Assembly (NCBI GenBank): GCA_016861205.1
Contig: BOKX01000001.1
Coordinates: 392,539 to 456,538, forward strand
Length of the DNA stretch: 64,000 nucleotides
DNA from: Patescibacteria group bacterium
GTDB taxonomy: Bacteria; Patescibacteriota; Microgenomatia; UBA1400; PJMF01
Direction of reading: 5' to 3'
Below the pieces are notes generated by a model. It searched no databases. It saw only the letters and a program-made list of their open reading frames with translations, and was not told the origin of the DNA. Positions 1 through 10,402 of the stretch are shown piece by piece; position 1 is the stretch's first letter, and every line of letters starts with the position of its first letter. A program made the position numbers and the translations under genes.

Positions 1-480
1 ACGTTAGCTGCCTTTCAAATCATTGCAAAAGAGAACCCCACCATTAAGTTGTTGATCGGCGGTGCTGGACCGGAGAGCCAGTTTATTAAAAAGTTTATTC
101 GCACCCAACAACTGGAACAGAGTATTATCTATTTGGGTCCCATCTCCAACGACGCTAAAGAGGCGTTTTTTGCGCGTGGTGAGTGCTTGATTCAACCCTC
201 ATACTCAGAAGGTTTTGGTCTAGTATATGCTGAGGCAGCCGTCAGAAAAAAAGTGCTGATTGCCACCGATGTGGCAGATCTCAAACACACCTTTGGCAAT
301 CAGATATATTGGTGCCAAAAACAAAGTGTGAAAAGCCTAGTTGAGGCAATTCAAACGGTGCTCAATGAGCCTAATTTCTCTCATCTCAACTATGCGCCGA
401 TAATTCCACGCTACAACCTGCAAAAAATTGCCGACTCCATCCTGGAAGTTGCTTTTCAAGACAATGTTTCCAACAGCTGA
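1..480 (+). CDS. Glycosyltransferase family 4 (GT4), C-terminal fragment; 5' end lies outside the window
   Basis: The reading frame is open from nt 1. The 'EGFGLVYAEAAVRKKVLIATDV' block is the typical GT4/GT-B C-terminal nucleotide-sugar-binding motif. Confidence 0.7.
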   Translation, partial: TLAAFQIIAKENPTIKLLIGGAGPESQFIKKFIRTQQLEQSIIYLGPISNDAKEAFFARGECLIQPSYSEGFGLVYAEAAVRKKVLIATDVADLKHTFGNQIYWCQKQSVKSLVEAIQTVLNEPNFSHLNYAPIIPRYNLQKIADSILEVAFQDNVSNS

Positions 481-1535
481 AGTATCTGTTTCGCCCCCTC
501 ATGATAACTGAGCTGTTTCAAGTGCACCACCCGTTTGGGGGTACGTAGTAGCTTCAGAATCTTTGGTGCATCCGCCTCTGCTGAAAAAGTAAACTCGTGC
601 AGAAGTGCCTGAACGTCTGGCAAGTATGGTTGTTTATTGCCGACAATTGTCGGCAGGCCGGCATTCAGCGCCTCGTAAACCGGAAAACCAAACCCCTCAT
701 ACACACTGGGAAATACAAACATTTTCGCGTCATGATACAGTCTAGCTAGCTTTGCCAAGGACACTTTGGGAAACCAATACAACCCTGGTGTAGCACGCAG
801 CTGATCCGACAATTCAAACAACTGGTTGCCATTGTGGCCAACCAACACCAGCTTGAGGTCAGGACGAGCTGCCAGAATTTTGGGCCACAACTCTAATAGA
901 TACATAATCCTTTTGTGCGGATAAAAAGCACTCACACACAGAATATAGTTGTCTGTGACCAACTTCGGTTCAGATGGTTTGGTAAGTAGAGTTAAAAACC
1001 ATTCATCGAGCCCCGGCAAAACAACTTTGATGCGTTCGCTCAAACTCGGAAAGTAGTGCTGCAGTCTCGCCTGTGAAAAAGGTGAGTCGGTCACAATCAG
1101 CTGACTGCGATGAGCAGACTGGGTAATCAAAAAGTTAAGTAGTTGATTCTGAAGCCAGGCCGTGTCTTCTGGATGGTCCTTCCAGTTTGCATCATGAATG
1201 GTCGTAACTTTTGCAAAGTTACCCCACAGTGGCCCAAAGTAACCATATGAATGGAGCACGGCACAACCAGCCGCAGACACCTTGAGGGGAAAGGCCACCT
1301 GCTCATACAGCAGTCTTGCAACTCTGGCTTTGCCAGATATGGGACACAAAACTTTTTTCCACTGAGGATGATCTACCGAAAAGGTCTCGAAGTTCTCTTT
1401 GTTACAAAAAAGTACAAACCTATGTTCAGTTTTGAGTTGTTGGAGATACTTCACGAACGATCGCAAGTGATACTCAGTTCCGCCCACTGCATTTGGAACT
1501 AGAAATAAGGCGTTAATACCAATTACTTTTTTCAT
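456..1535 (-). CDS. Glycosyltransferase family 4 (GT-B fold)
   Basis: 359 aa with the C-terminal 'VFPSVYEGFGFPVYEALNAGLPTIV' EX7E-like GT4 motif. It is co-directional with downstream glycosylation genes. Confidence 0.75.
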   Translation of the reverse strand: MKKVIGINALFLVPNAVGGTEYHLRSFVKYLQQLKTEHRFVLFCNKENFETFSVDHPQWKKVLCPISGKARVARLLYEQVAFPLKVSAAGCAVLHSYGYFGPLWGNFAKVTTIHDANWKDHPEDTAWLQNQLLNFLITQSAHRSQLIVTDSPFSQARLQHYFPSLSERIKVVLPGLDEWFLTLLTKPSEPKLVTDNYILCVSAFYPHKRIMYLLELWPKILAARPDLKLVLVGHNGNQLFELSDQLRATPGLYWFPKVSLAKLARLYHDAKMFVFPSVYEGFGFPVYEALNAGLPTIVGNKQPYLPDVQALLHEFTFSAEADAPKILKLLRTPKRVVHLKQLSYHEGAKQILQLLETLS

Positions 1536-2953
1536 GTTTCTTTAAACCAGTTATTCCATACTGGGCAGCTCAAAATGTAAAACCAAATTAAGGCAACGAG
1601 AAACATACTCATTCTCATGACTGACCCGCCGATTTGATCCCAAGTCACAAACACAAAACTAAAAATATACGTCCCAGTAAAGATCAAGATCAAAGTTGCC
1701 CAAATCGTGCCATTCATTACCAATAATCGATACCAGTTTTGATGTCGCAAATCATGCCATTGGACCGCCAGCCATGGTACAAACAGGTAATTAATTAGCG
1801 GCCAAACATAGGCCAGTAAGTACCGAAAAACTGCCAAAATATGGCTGCCTTGTGTACTCAATGGTTGGGTGAGAATGTGTAAATAACTGACCGGAATAAC
1901 TTGAGAAATAATTGACAGCAATTTAGTACCCAGATTGGTTTGTTGGCTCTGTTCATTGTTTGGCAAAGCTACTTGAACTGGTGACTGGCTTATCAAATAA
2001 ACCAAGTTGAGCCAGGCTCGCTTTGCTCCATATAAAACGAATACTCCTCCCACCGCAACGCTCCACGAGCGCTGCCTCAGTACTGCTATGGTCAACAAGC
2101 CAGCCCCTACTACCCAAAACGGCTCGCTCGACCGAACCCAGAGGCTCAAAGCCACCAGTAACGTACCTACCAACCAATCTCGGCTGGGTGTCTTCCTATC
2201 ACCGGCTAACCACAAATACACAATCCCCAAAGCTAAAAATGCACTATAAGCCAGATTGGTATAGGCGACCGTGGCATGTTCCAAAAAATGTGGCGAGTAG
2301 GCCAGTAGCACTGCCCCAAACAAGCTCACGCCTCGCGTTGTCCGTCTTCTCAGCAATGCATAAAAAGTGATGACGAACGACAGGTAGATCAGCGTGTACC
2401 AGACCTTAGCAGCTTGGAAACCTAGTGCATAGTTGGCTGCGTGCAGCAGCGAGGTGAATGGCGGATACTGAAAAAAGTAACCCAGAGTAAAACCTGATTT
2501 CCAACTCCCCTCAGCGATAAGAACCTTGGCCCGGAAATCATAGAGTGCTAACGCATCCCAATCAGTTACTGGCCAAACAACGTTGGGAATCAAGCTGAGC
2601 ACAACCGGAACTATCACCAGGACCACCAATATCTGCTGCCAGACCGGCAAGACAAAAAACTTGGTGATAAACGCCAACTCAAACCACCGTCCACCTTGAA
2701 GCTTGTAAAGCGTCCCCAGCGAGACCAGGTTGAAAATGAGAACCGCTCCAACCAGCTCAGCAGTAAATGGGATTCGCAGTCCCAGGTGCGCAGCCAATAA
2801 GACTATGGTCAACCACGCCGAACCAAGTAGACCAGCCAAACCCAGCCGTTCCCAATTGTGTGCAACCCCCAGCAATCGAGTTAACCACCAACCACTAAAC
2901 CAGGTACTACCAAATAAAAACCCGGCCGATAGTATCTGACTGATTGTGTTCAT
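1532..2953 (-). CDS. Polytopic integral membrane protein (possible polymerase/ligase or GT-C-like), function unknown
   Basis: 473 aa, with more than ten hydrophobic helices throughout. It is embedded in the glycosylation locus and overlaps its neighbour by 4 nt. Confidence 0.4.
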   Translation of the reverse strand: MNTISQILSAGFLFGSTWFSGWWLTRLLGVAHNWERLGLAGLLGSAWLTIVLLAAHLGLRIPFTAELVGAVLIFNLVSLGTLYKLQGGRWFELAFITKFFVLPVWQQILVVLVIVPVVLSLIPNVVWPVTDWDALALYDFRAKVLIAEGSWKSGFTLGYFFQYPPFTSLLHAANYALGFQAAKVWYTLIYLSFVITFYALLRRRTTRGVSLFGAVLLAYSPHFLEHATVAYTNLAYSAFLALGIVYLWLAGDRKTPSRDWLVGTLLVALSLWVRSSEPFWVVGAGLLTIAVLRQRSWSVAVGGVFVLYGAKRAWLNLVYLISQSPVQVALPNNEQSQQTNLGTKLLSIISQVIPVSYLHILTQPLSTQGSHILAVFRYLLAYVWPLINYLFVPWLAVQWHDLRHQNWYRLLVMNGTIWATLILIFTGTYIFSFVFVTWDQIGGSVMRMSMFLVALIWFYILSCPVWNNWFKET

Positions 2954-2983
2954 TCCCCCAATCGCTTTCCGATTATGTACATA

Positions 2984-3970
2984 TTATCGCTTTAATTTTA
3001 AAATGCCCCAAAAATCCTGATATTTTATGGGGTCGTAGCCCTCGTTTCTGATCAATGTTTCAGCTTGACTATCTCGATCAATAAATGACAGGAACTCAAC
3101 TTGCCTCGCAGGTATCGTGATCTTGGGCCAGCCACACTCAACATTGATACATTCACCCTTTGCAATAAGGATGTACTCAGCGTTTGGTGGAATTTGATTG
3201 TCAGCCATCATATGTACCAGACGACGTGGATAGAGGTACCACCGAAGATACTCAACATTCCCTTCCATCTTCCAGTCGTCGCTCTGTGGGGGAAGCACAA
3301 TGACCGCATTTTCGGGTGTTATCCTTTTTATAAACTGAGAGTAGGGCCAAATCCAACCGTAATAATGAACACCCCCCAGCTGCGATGTAATTCGTTCAAA
3401 GTAGGGCGTTGGTAGATTTTGAAGGGCTCGCACTGAGGTAGACAGCAGCTGGCTCATACCCAGTTGCAGTTGCCACACACCCACCGCGAGCATCAAAAGT
3501 GCCACCGCACTCCACAGCTTGATCTTGATGTATGGTCGCAAATCAAACTTGAGCGACCACCACAAGCCAACGGCTAGGAGTAACCACCTGAGTAAGTACC
3601 AAAAAGGCAATGTGATCAACCGGTGCAACTTTAACGTAAAAAACCACCCAGGAACATCAAAGCGGTAAATATTAACCACTAAGCATCCAACCTGAAATAC
3701 CAAGGCCAAAGCTACCCCACCTAACAACAGCCCTACTCCTTTTAAGAACCGGCTTTGCCAGCTGGTGGTTGTAAACTGCACACCACACACCAGTATCAAA
3801 ATAAGCGCGACTTGATATCCAGCCGCGACTGCTGGGTCAAAGGGATACTTAACAGCTGTCCACGTGTTTACACCGGCAAACAAACCGAAGATCAGCAAAA
3901 GCCACAGTGGCAGAGTCTTTTTGAGACCCGCTCCACCGTTCCTGGGCTGCGTTACTGTAACACTCGGCAT
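2984..3970 (-). CDS. Membrane protein with an N-terminal TM bundle and a C-terminal soluble domain, function unknown
   Basis: 328 aa. Several N-terminal hydrophobic helices are followed by a ~130 aa hydrophilic C-terminus. Confidence 0.35.
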   Translation of the reverse strand: MPSVTVTQPRNGGAGLKKTLPLWLLLIFGLFAGVNTWTAVKYPFDPAVAAGYQVALILILVCGVQFTTTSWQSRFLKGVGLLLGGVALALVFQVGCLVVNIYRFDVPGWFFTLKLHRLITLPFWYLLRWLLLAVGLWWSLKFDLRPYIKIKLWSAVALLMLAVGVWQLQLGMSQLLSTSVRALQNLPTPYFERITSQLGGVHYYGWIWPYSQFIKRITPENAVIVLPPQSDDWKMEGNVEYLRWYLYPRRLVHMMADNQIPPNAEYILIAKGECINVECGWPKITIPARQVEFLSFIDRDSQAETLIRNEGYDPIKYQDFWGILKLKR

Positions 3971-5664
3971 TCTGTCTCAACGATACCAGATAAAACCAAC
4001 GAGTAGCAACCAGCTTCCGATTGTGGTAGCTCAGGCAGTGGCCGGTAGGCATTATTGCCTTCCACAGATATCTGCTCAAGTTGTCGAGCCAACCCAGCTT
4101 CCAAACCTGGTGATACTGTTGTTTCGTCATAACCATGCAATCGTAGATAAAATGGGTTGCTAATTTCCTGAGCTGTCAGAAATACCCGATAACTGTAAAT
4201 CGGCTCGTAATCCCATACTGATGCACTCTCCACCACGACCGGGACTTGTGGATGAGACCGCAACTCGGCAGCAATCTTCTCAATGTACGCCGTAAATGCC
4301 CTTGTTCGGGTCGCGTTTTCTGCGACCGCAACTTTGGTACTCACAAAGCCACGCATTATAACCAAACAGCCTAGCCCCAACAGAAAGCCCCATTTGATTC
4401 CCCCCGTAACAGCGGTTGGCAACTTTAGCTGTCGCAGCAAACTCACCACTAGCCAGAGCAAGACCAAATAGTACATCGGCTCATAAAGTAAGCCAGGGAA
4501 ATCGTATCGATTGTGATCTGGCCAGTGACCGTTGTAAAACACAAACTGCGTGATGAACAATGCCCACAATCCCATCAGGTATATTCCCGCCCGCAGCTGA
4601 GTGGGAAGTAACTTCTGGGTGTCAGGGTTTCTGGTCAACCACGTCAGGGATGTCAGACCTACCAGCAAGCCTATGGTAACCATCAGCTGCTTGCTTTGAT
4701 GAGTTTTAAAACTCAGAATGAGAATCTGGGTCCGACTTTGAGCAGATGTTGACTGAGCGTAAACATCTTGACCTGTGGTTAGGGTAGCTACCATCACTGC
4801 CCAAGTTACTAACGCTACCATAGCCACTTGTGCCACAAAACTTGTTATCGCCGGTAGCGTCAGTCGCCGATAGAACATGGTCCGCACAAACAGAACTGCC
4901 AACGGCACCACCATCAAAACCATGTTTTCTTTTGAGCCAACCGTAATGACTGCCCCTACCGCCAAGCCCAACCACCAGGTCCACTTGACGGGTCGCTTTG
5001 GTAGCGCCCGCCAAATGATGGCAAAACACCACAACCCTAAAGCTAGGCCAAACACTAGGTATGCTTCTGATGGACCCAATCGAGCCAGCACATCTTTCCA
5101 GAAATCATAGGAAAAAATGTAGAGTGTTACTACACCGCCACCAACCCAGCCTAATAATGGTGTACTCAGCCACCAAATAACAGCTAAAAAGCTGGTCATA
5201 AACAATAACCGGGTAACATACCAACCAGTCGGATTGTTATCCCAAGCAGCTGTCTCAAACAAACGTAGGGTTTGGTAGACTGGACGGTAGCGTGGTACTT
5301 TGCCCGGTAAGGCTGCTTCACTCTGTACCCAGCGCTCGGGAATATCTTGCAGGCTCATCTTGCCATCTGATCCCAAGTTATTCATGATTTCATGGTCATC
5401 AATGACACCCCATTTGGCTGTGATGTTTGGCCAGTAAATACTCAGGACCATGGCGAGCGAAAGCAGTCCAGTGGCCAACCAACGCAGCTTCATAAGCCAT
5501 GCTTGTTTGGGAGAACCAGCCAGCCACCAAATCCCGTATGCACCAAACCAAGCTGCTAATAGATACGTTAACGGCTGCGTCACCAAAAATCTTGGTTCAA
5601 ATTCGAAATAAGCCAAGGTCATGACCGCAAAGAGTACACTCAATATGCCGTCTTTTGCTTTCAT
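3952..5664 (-). CDS. GT-C-type (ArnT/PMT-like) polytopic membrane glycosyltransferase, putative
   Basis: 570 aa with many TM helices and an acidic 'IDDHEIM' loop motif near the first extracytoplasmic loop. Its stop overlaps the adjacent GT2 start by 4 nt. Confidence 0.45.
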   Translation of the reverse strand: MKAKDGILSVLFAVMTLAYFEFEPRFLVTQPLTYLLAAWFGAYGIWWLAGSPKQAWLMKLRWLATGLLSLAMVLSIYWPNITAKWGVIDDHEIMNNLGSDGKMSLQDIPERWVQSEAALPGKVPRYRPVYQTLRLFETAAWDNNPTGWYVTRLLFMTSFLAVIWWLSTPLLGWVGGGVVTLYIFSYDFWKDVLARLGPSEAYLVFGLALGLWCFAIIWRALPKRPVKWTWWLGLAVGAVITVGSKENMVLMVVPLAVLFVRTMFYRRLTLPAITSFVAQVAMVALVTWAVMVATLTTGQDVYAQSTSAQSRTQILILSFKTHQSKQLMVTIGLLVGLTSLTWLTRNPDTQKLLPTQLRAGIYLMGLWALFITQFVFYNGHWPDHNRYDFPGLLYEPMYYLVLLWLVVSLLRQLKLPTAVTGGIKWGFLLGLGCLVIMRGFVSTKVAVAENATRTRAFTAYIEKIAAELRSHPQVPVVVESASVWDYEPIYSYRVFLTAQEISNPFYLRLHGYDETTVSPGLEAGLARQLEQISVEGNNAYRPLPELPQSEAGCYSLVLSGIVETECRVLQ

Positions 5665-6668
5665 ATTTTCTTGTCTTTCGCAATCTCTTCCCGGATCAGT
5701 GCGACTGGTCTGGCTTTTATTTCTTCGTAAATTGCAGCTAAATACACCCCAACCAACCCAATAAAAAGTGACAAAAAACCACCGACAACTAACAGTACAA
5801 AGGTGACACTCGCCCAGCCACTGACCACGTCTCCCACCACCAGCTTTACATACAAAACGTACACCGCGTACACCAGTGCCGCGATAAATAAACCAACGCT
5901 AAAAAAAGAAGCTAGCTGTAACGGAACCGCTGTAAACGCAGTTACACCACTAAACGCTAAACTCCACATCTTATGCCAAGTATATTTACTCTCACCAACC
6001 ATACGAGCTGGGGCCTGAAACGGTAAAATAATAGTCTTGAAACCAATCCACCCCACCATGCCTCGCAAGAATTTTCGACCCTCAGGCAGTGATAGCAAGG
6101 CATCAAGGGCCGTCCGATTCATCGAGCGAAAGTCTGAACCATTGATCGTGATTCGGGTTTCACTCATCAAATTAATCAGGGTGTAAAAACTCTGCGAAGC
6201 GACTCGTTTCAGCCAAGGAACCCGGTCGGTATCTGTGCGCTCAGTCAAAACGATGTCGTAACCTTGGTGGTGTAGTTTCAACATGTCCAAGATCAGTTCA
6301 GGTGGATGCTGTAAGTCACCGTCCATTGTTACGATGATTCGACCTTTGGCTGCTCTCAAACCTACAAACAGCGCTGCTTGATGTCCAAAGTTTCGCGACA
6401 AACTAATAATGTGACATTGCCATGGCTGGCGAGCATTCTTCAACGTTTCCAAAGTCATGTCACTGCTGCCGTCATCGACCAAAATCAGCTCAGTTGCCGC
6501 CGGCAGTTGTCGAGCCAAACGGGTCAATGATTGAAGCAAATCAGGGATCACCTCAGCTTCATTAAAAAGGGGAATAACTATCGAAAGCTCGGGTACACGC
6601 GGTAGTGGCGACGTTAGCTTTCGGGCTGCCATAGATTGTCTTACGTTCTGGGCTGTGCTAAATACCAA
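5661..6668 (-). CDS. GT2 polyprenyl-phosphate sugar transferase (GtrB/ArnC/DPM1-like) with C-terminal TM helices
   Basis: Carries '[14 protein letters not shown]...[12 protein letters not shown]' GT-A/DxD motifs plus two C-terminal hydrophobic helices, the architecture typical of lipid-phosphate sugar synthases. Confidence 0.75.
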   Translation of the reverse strand: MVFSTAQNVRQSMAARKLTSPLPRVPELSIVIPLFNEAEVIPDLLQSLTRLARQLPAATELILVDDGSSDMTLETLKNARQPWQCHIISLSRNFGHQAALFVGLRAAKGRIIVTMDGDLQHPPELILDMLKLHHQGYDIVLTERTDTDRVPWLKRVASQSFYTLINLMSETRITINGSDFRSMNRTALDALLSLPEGRKFLRGMVGWIGFKTIILPFQAPARMVGESKYTWHKMWSLAFSGVTAFTAVPLQLASFFSVGLFIAALVYAVYVLYVKLVVGDVVSGWASVTFVLLVVGGFLSLFIGLVGVYLAAIYEEIKARPVALIREEIAKDKKI

Positions 6669-7606
6669 TCAACTGTTCGCTGTAGACCTTCTGCAAACGG
6701 AACACTTGATTCAAAATCAAACTCTTGCTTCGCTCTTGTCACATCTAATTTTCGTCGTGGCTGTCCGTCTGGTTTACTCTCATCAAACACAATGTGTCCA
6801 GTATAACCAACGGCAGCCTTGATTGTTTCGGCTAGATCCTTAATGCTGATTTCAAAACTTGAGCCCAAGTTAACTGGCTCAGAGCCATTGTATCGCTCAG
6901 CAGCCAACAAAATACCTCGAGCTGCATCTTCAACATATAAAAACTCTCGTGTTGGTGTACCGGTGCCCCACACCACAACTTCAGGCTCTTGAAGTTGCTT
7001 AGCTTCAACAAACTTTCTGATCAAGGCTGGAATGACATGGCTTGATGCCGGATCAAAATTATCACCTGGACCATACATATTGACTGGCAGCAAATAAATA
7101 GCATTAAAATCGTACTGGCGTCGATACGCCTGCGCTTGAACTAGCAACATTTTCTTAGCCAAGCCATAAGGCGCATTAGTTTCCTCAGGATATCCATTCC
7201 ACAAATCAACTTCTTTGAAAGGCACCGGCGTGTACTTGGGATAAGCGCAGATCGTGCCCAACCCCACAAACTTGCTTACGCCTGACTTGCGAGCTTCTTC
7301 CATGATATGAACGCCCATTAAAAGGTTGTCATAAAATAAAGAACCGGGATACTCGAGGTTGTAACCAATCCCACCCACATTGGCAGCCAAATGGATAACT
7401 ACATCAACACCCTTTGTTACTTCAGCGCAAACCGCTTGATCTCGTAGATCAGCTTCCTGGGAACGCGGAACTCTCAGCTCTGACAGCGGCAGAGACTCCA
7501 AGAGTTTAGTTACTTGCCGGCCAACAAACCCGTGTCCACCAGTAACTAAGACCCGCAACCCTTGCCATGACTGGGGATTAAGAGAGACCTGCTCTGAATT
7601 TGGCAT
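6641..7606 (-). CDS. fcl: GDP-L-fucose synthase (GDP-4-keto-6-deoxymannose 3,5-epimerase/4-reductase)
   Basis: Carries '[14 protein letters not shown]' NAD(P) Rossmann and '[12 protein letters not shown]', '[18 protein letters not shown]', '[18 protein letters not shown]' blocks that closely match E. coli Fcl. Confidence 0.85.
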   Translation of the reverse strand: MPNSEQVSLNPQSWQGLRVLVTGGHGFVGRQVTKLLESLPLSELRVPRSQEADLRDQAVCAEVTKGVDVVIHLAANVGGIGYNLEYPGSLFYDNLLMGVHIMEEARKSGVSKFVGLGTICAYPKYTPVPFKEVDLWNGYPEETNAPYGLAKKMLLVQAQAYRRQYDFNAIYLLPVNMYGPGDNFDPASSHVIPALIRKFVEAKQLQEPEVVVWGTGTPTREFLYVEDAARGILLAAERYNGSEPVNLGSSFEISIKDLAETIKAAVGYTGHIVFDESKPDGQPRRKLDVTRAKQEFDFESSVPFAEGLQRTVDWYLAQPRT

Positions 7607-7608
7607 AC

Positions 7609-8403
7609 CTATTTCAACAGTGTGTAAGCTAGTGCAATCAGCCTATTATGCACATTCTGCCAGAAAAGCCAAGGTGATTTTTGACTGTGTTGAGTTGCAA
7701 CTTGGAGTTGTTCGGCAAATTGTGCCTTAAAATTCAACGTCCCTTTAGCCGTTTGATGGACTCGGAACGCTGCCAGCTTTGCTGGTGAAATTAGGGGGGC
7801 TCCAAATTTTTTCCACATTTTCAACCAATAGTCATAATCCATGGTGTACTGCAAATGCTCGTTCATCTCACCCAACTCGAGCAGTGCCGAAACCTTCATA
7901 AAGGTGGCTGGTTGGGGAATTGGATTAAGAATTAAGAGTGTTGAAAAGGTCATCCAACTTCGCCACAACCGCTTGTAGTAGCGAATCGGTTGTTGAATCT
8001 CTTGACCGGTCTGGTTAACAATGAGACACTCACCTGTTAACCAAAATCTGGCCGGCTGCTGTAGCAGTTCGCTGGCCACGCGTTCTAACGCATGTGGTAA
8101 GTAGTAATCATCAGAGTTCAGGTAAGCCCAAACTTCTGAGTCGGGATTTTTTGATAGACGACGGATTTCAGCGATGCCCTTATTGATAGCATGAGTCTGC
8201 CCTCGATCAGGTTCCGAGACTACTTTTATCCGAGAACCAAAGGTTTTCAGCACACTGAGAGTGTTGTCACTTGAACCTCCATCAAAGACCAAGCATGTGA
8301 CATGCACATTCGTCTGCTGCAACACACTTTCCACAGTTTGTCGGATATATGAACCCTGGTTAAAGCTCGGAATGATGATGAAAAAATGCGGTTTATCTGT
8401 CAC
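7609..8403 (-). CDS. Glycosyltransferase family 2
   Basis: Carries '[24 protein letters not shown]...[11 protein letters not shown]' GT-A motifs. Confidence 0.75.
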   Translation of the reverse strand: MTDKPHFFIIIPSFNQGSYIRQTVESVLQQTNVHVTCLVFDGGSSDNTLSVLKTFGSRIKVVSEPDRGQTHAINKGIAEIRRLSKNPDSEVWAYLNSDDYYLPHALERVASELLQQPARFWLTGECLIVNQTGQEIQQPIRYYKRLWRSWMTFSTLLILNPIPQPATFMKVSALLELGEMNEHLQYTMDYDYWLKMWKKFGAPLISPAKLAAFRVHQTAKGTLNFKAQFAEQLQVATQHSQKSPWLFWQNVHNRLIALAYTLLK

Positions 8404-8405
8404 GC

Positions 8406-8747
8406 CTATTTCTTAGAAGGCACACGGACTTCTTTAATCGCTAGTTGTTTAATAAGATACTCAACGCGCTGCTTAACTTGCTTTTGGGTAAAGTAACTCA
8501 TAAAAATCAAGAAGGTCAAAATCATTAATGCCCCAACCACCAATAAATCAAACACTCTCGAAAAGCGCAAAATCTGGGTGATCCCCAGCAACAAATTGGG
8601 AAATAAGGCAATAACAATAAATACTAACCACAGGCTCAACCAGAAACCAGCCTCCGCTGAATTTAAGACTTTCTTTTTTGTGAATATGAAAATCTCATAA
8701 ATCATCCACAGTCCAAATAAAACAGCTCCGAGTTGAAACAATGTCAT
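8406..8747 (-). CDS. Small 3-TM membrane protein (GtrA/DUF2304-like; possible lipid-linked sugar translocation partner)
   Basis: 113 aa with three hydrophobic helices. It sits between two GT2 genes and overlaps the upstream gene by 4 nt. Confidence 0.4.
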   Translation of the reverse strand: MTLFQLGAVLFGLWMIYEIFIFTKKKVLNSAEAGFWLSLWLVFIVIALFPNLLLGITQILRFSRVFDLLVVGALMILTFLIFMSYFTQKQVKQRVEYLIKQLAIKEVRVPSKK

Positions 8748-9415
8748 AAAGTCACTTTCAACTTAACTAGATACCACAAAATAGGGATAACATCTAACAT
8801 TGTCATACCCTTATTTGTATCATGATACACAGTTTTTATCCTGACATAATCATAGCGAAGTTTGGCTTTTGCTGTGCGGGCGGCAATCTCAAGCTCAACC
8901 GCATAGTTATGAGCTTCCCAAGCAATCGTCTGGTAAGCCTGGCGAGTGAAAGCTTTAAACCCAGAGGGAATGTCCAAAATGTATTCCCCAAAAACCAGAT
9001 ATGTCAAAAACGACCCCAACCGATTCATCTTGAGCCTGAGCCAAGGCATCTCCTTGGGCTCTTGGCGTATACCAAACACCACTTGGCTACCTCTGCCGAA
9101 GGCTGCGAAAAAGAGTGGTAGTTCACTCGCTTCGTGTTGATCATCCGCATCCATCATGACCACTGCGTCCGCACCAAGCTGGCTAAACGCATACTCACAA
9201 CCTGTCTTCATGGCTGCACCTTTACCTAAGTTCAGCCTATGGCGAATGACATGAACCGGAAAGGTGAGAGCCTGGGCGCAGGTGTTGTCGCTCGAACCAT
9301 CATCGACCACAATGACTTGGCTCGTTTCCGCTAGAACTTTGCTCAATACACGAGAAATATAGTTGGTTTCGTTGTAAGCTGGGATCACAACCCAGATGTT
9401 CTGTTTGATTTTCAT
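8744..9415 (-). CDS. Glycosyltransferase family 2 (DPM1-like, soluble)
   Basis: Carries 'IWVVIPAYNETNYI...VVDDGSSDNT'. No C-terminal TM helices. Confidence 0.75.
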   Translation of the reverse strand: MKIKQNIWVVIPAYNETNYISRVLSKVLAETSQVIVVDDGSSDNTCAQALTFPVHVIRHRLNLGKGAAMKTGCEYAFSQLGADAVVMMDADDQHEASELPLFFAAFGRGSQVVFGIRQEPKEMPWLRLKMNRLGSFLTYLVFGEYILDIPSGFKAFTRQAYQTIAWEAHNYAVELEIAARTAKAKLRYDYVRIKTVYHDTNKGMTMLDVIPILWYLVKLKVTL

Positions 9416-9467
9416 GTCACCCGCAGCTGCCAGCCTCAGTAGTGAGATCTGATTTATGCTTTGTCAC

Positions 9468-10388
9468 TTAAGACTGTTGACGATACCACTCAGCCACTCG
9501 CTGAATACCTTCGTCTACTGCCACAGTCGGTTCCCAACCCAAAATTTCTTTGGCTTTTTGATACGATAGACAACTCTCAGTCTGTTCACCAGGTCGTTCA
9601 GGACCATGTTCTTCGGGAATGTTAGCTTGCATGGCCGCTACCACTTTGCGGAAAACCTCGTTGGTGCTGATCTGCACCCCAGTACCAATATTTAAGGCCC
9701 CAACAAAGTCGCTGCTCAAGGCTAGTTCGTTCGCTCTAACCACGTCACTAACATACACATAATCACGAGTATGTGTGCCGTCACCGTTAATAACAGGGGC
9801 CTTGCCAGCTTGAATCATATCCATAAAAATGGCGACCACCCCAGACTCGCCGTGAGGATTCTGTCGCGGTCCATACACGTTGGCATATCGCAAACAAGTG
9901 TAAGGAATCTTGTACTGTTCGAAGTAGTAATTTAAGTACAACTCTCCTGAGCGTTTAGAGACACCATAAGGTGAGAGCGGCTCTTCCTTCATGGTCTCGT
10001 CAAATGGGACCGGTTTGTTGCCATACATGGCACCACCAGTCGACGCCATGATGACTTTCTTTGTTCCTACCTCAACAGCGGCTTGCATGATGTTCAGTAA
10101 GCCAATGATGTTGTTCTGGGCGTCAAACTGAGGATCGCGAACTGAGTTGCCTACTTGAATGTGCGCTGCATGATGATTAATGACTTCAGGTTTTTCAGTT
10201 CGAATCAGTGATTGAATCGCCTCTTTGTCAGTAATGTCTACTTTCACAAACCGAGCCTTTGGGTTGAGGTTTTGTTCGACGCCACTCGACAAGTTGTCGG
10301 CAACTATCACCTCGTGACCCAACTCAACGTAGCGGTCAACCACATGAGAAGCAATAAATCCGGCACCACCGGTAACAATTATTTTCAT
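9468..10388 (-). CDS. NAD-dependent UDP-sugar 4-epimerase (GalE family, short form)
   Basis: Carries 'MKIIVTGGAGFIASHVV' GxxGxxG, the 'SPYGVSKRSGE' YxxxK catalytic region, and 'YANVYGPRQNPHGESGVVAIF'. Confidence 0.75.
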   Translation of the reverse strand: MKIIVTGGAGFIASHVVDRYVELGHEVIVADNLSSGVEQNLNPKARFVKVDITDKEAIQSLIRTEKPEVINHHAAHIQVGNSVRDPQFDAQNNIIGLLNIMQAAVEVGTKKVIMASTGGAMYGNKPVPFDETMKEEPLSPYGVSKRSGELYLNYYFEQYKIPYTCLRYANVYGPRQNPHGESGVVAIFMDMIQAGKAPVINGDGTHTRDYVYVSDVVRANELALSSDFVGALNIGTGVQISTNEVFRKVVAAMQANIPEEHGPERPGEQTESCLSYQKAKEILGWEPTVAVDEGIQRVAEWYRQQS

Positions 10389-10402
10389 ACTATCTCCTTC
10401 AC

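Noticed and set aside
1127-1321. Short internal and antisense ORFs listed in the six-frame track (e.g. 1127..1321, 2007..2249, 4706..5032, 10800..11030, 25664..26122, 29299..29772, 38197..38544, 44898..45161, 58429..58929)
   Set aside because: All are nested within, or antisense to, long well-supported genes, have no recognisable motifs, and are typical shadow ORFs of GC-balanced sequence.
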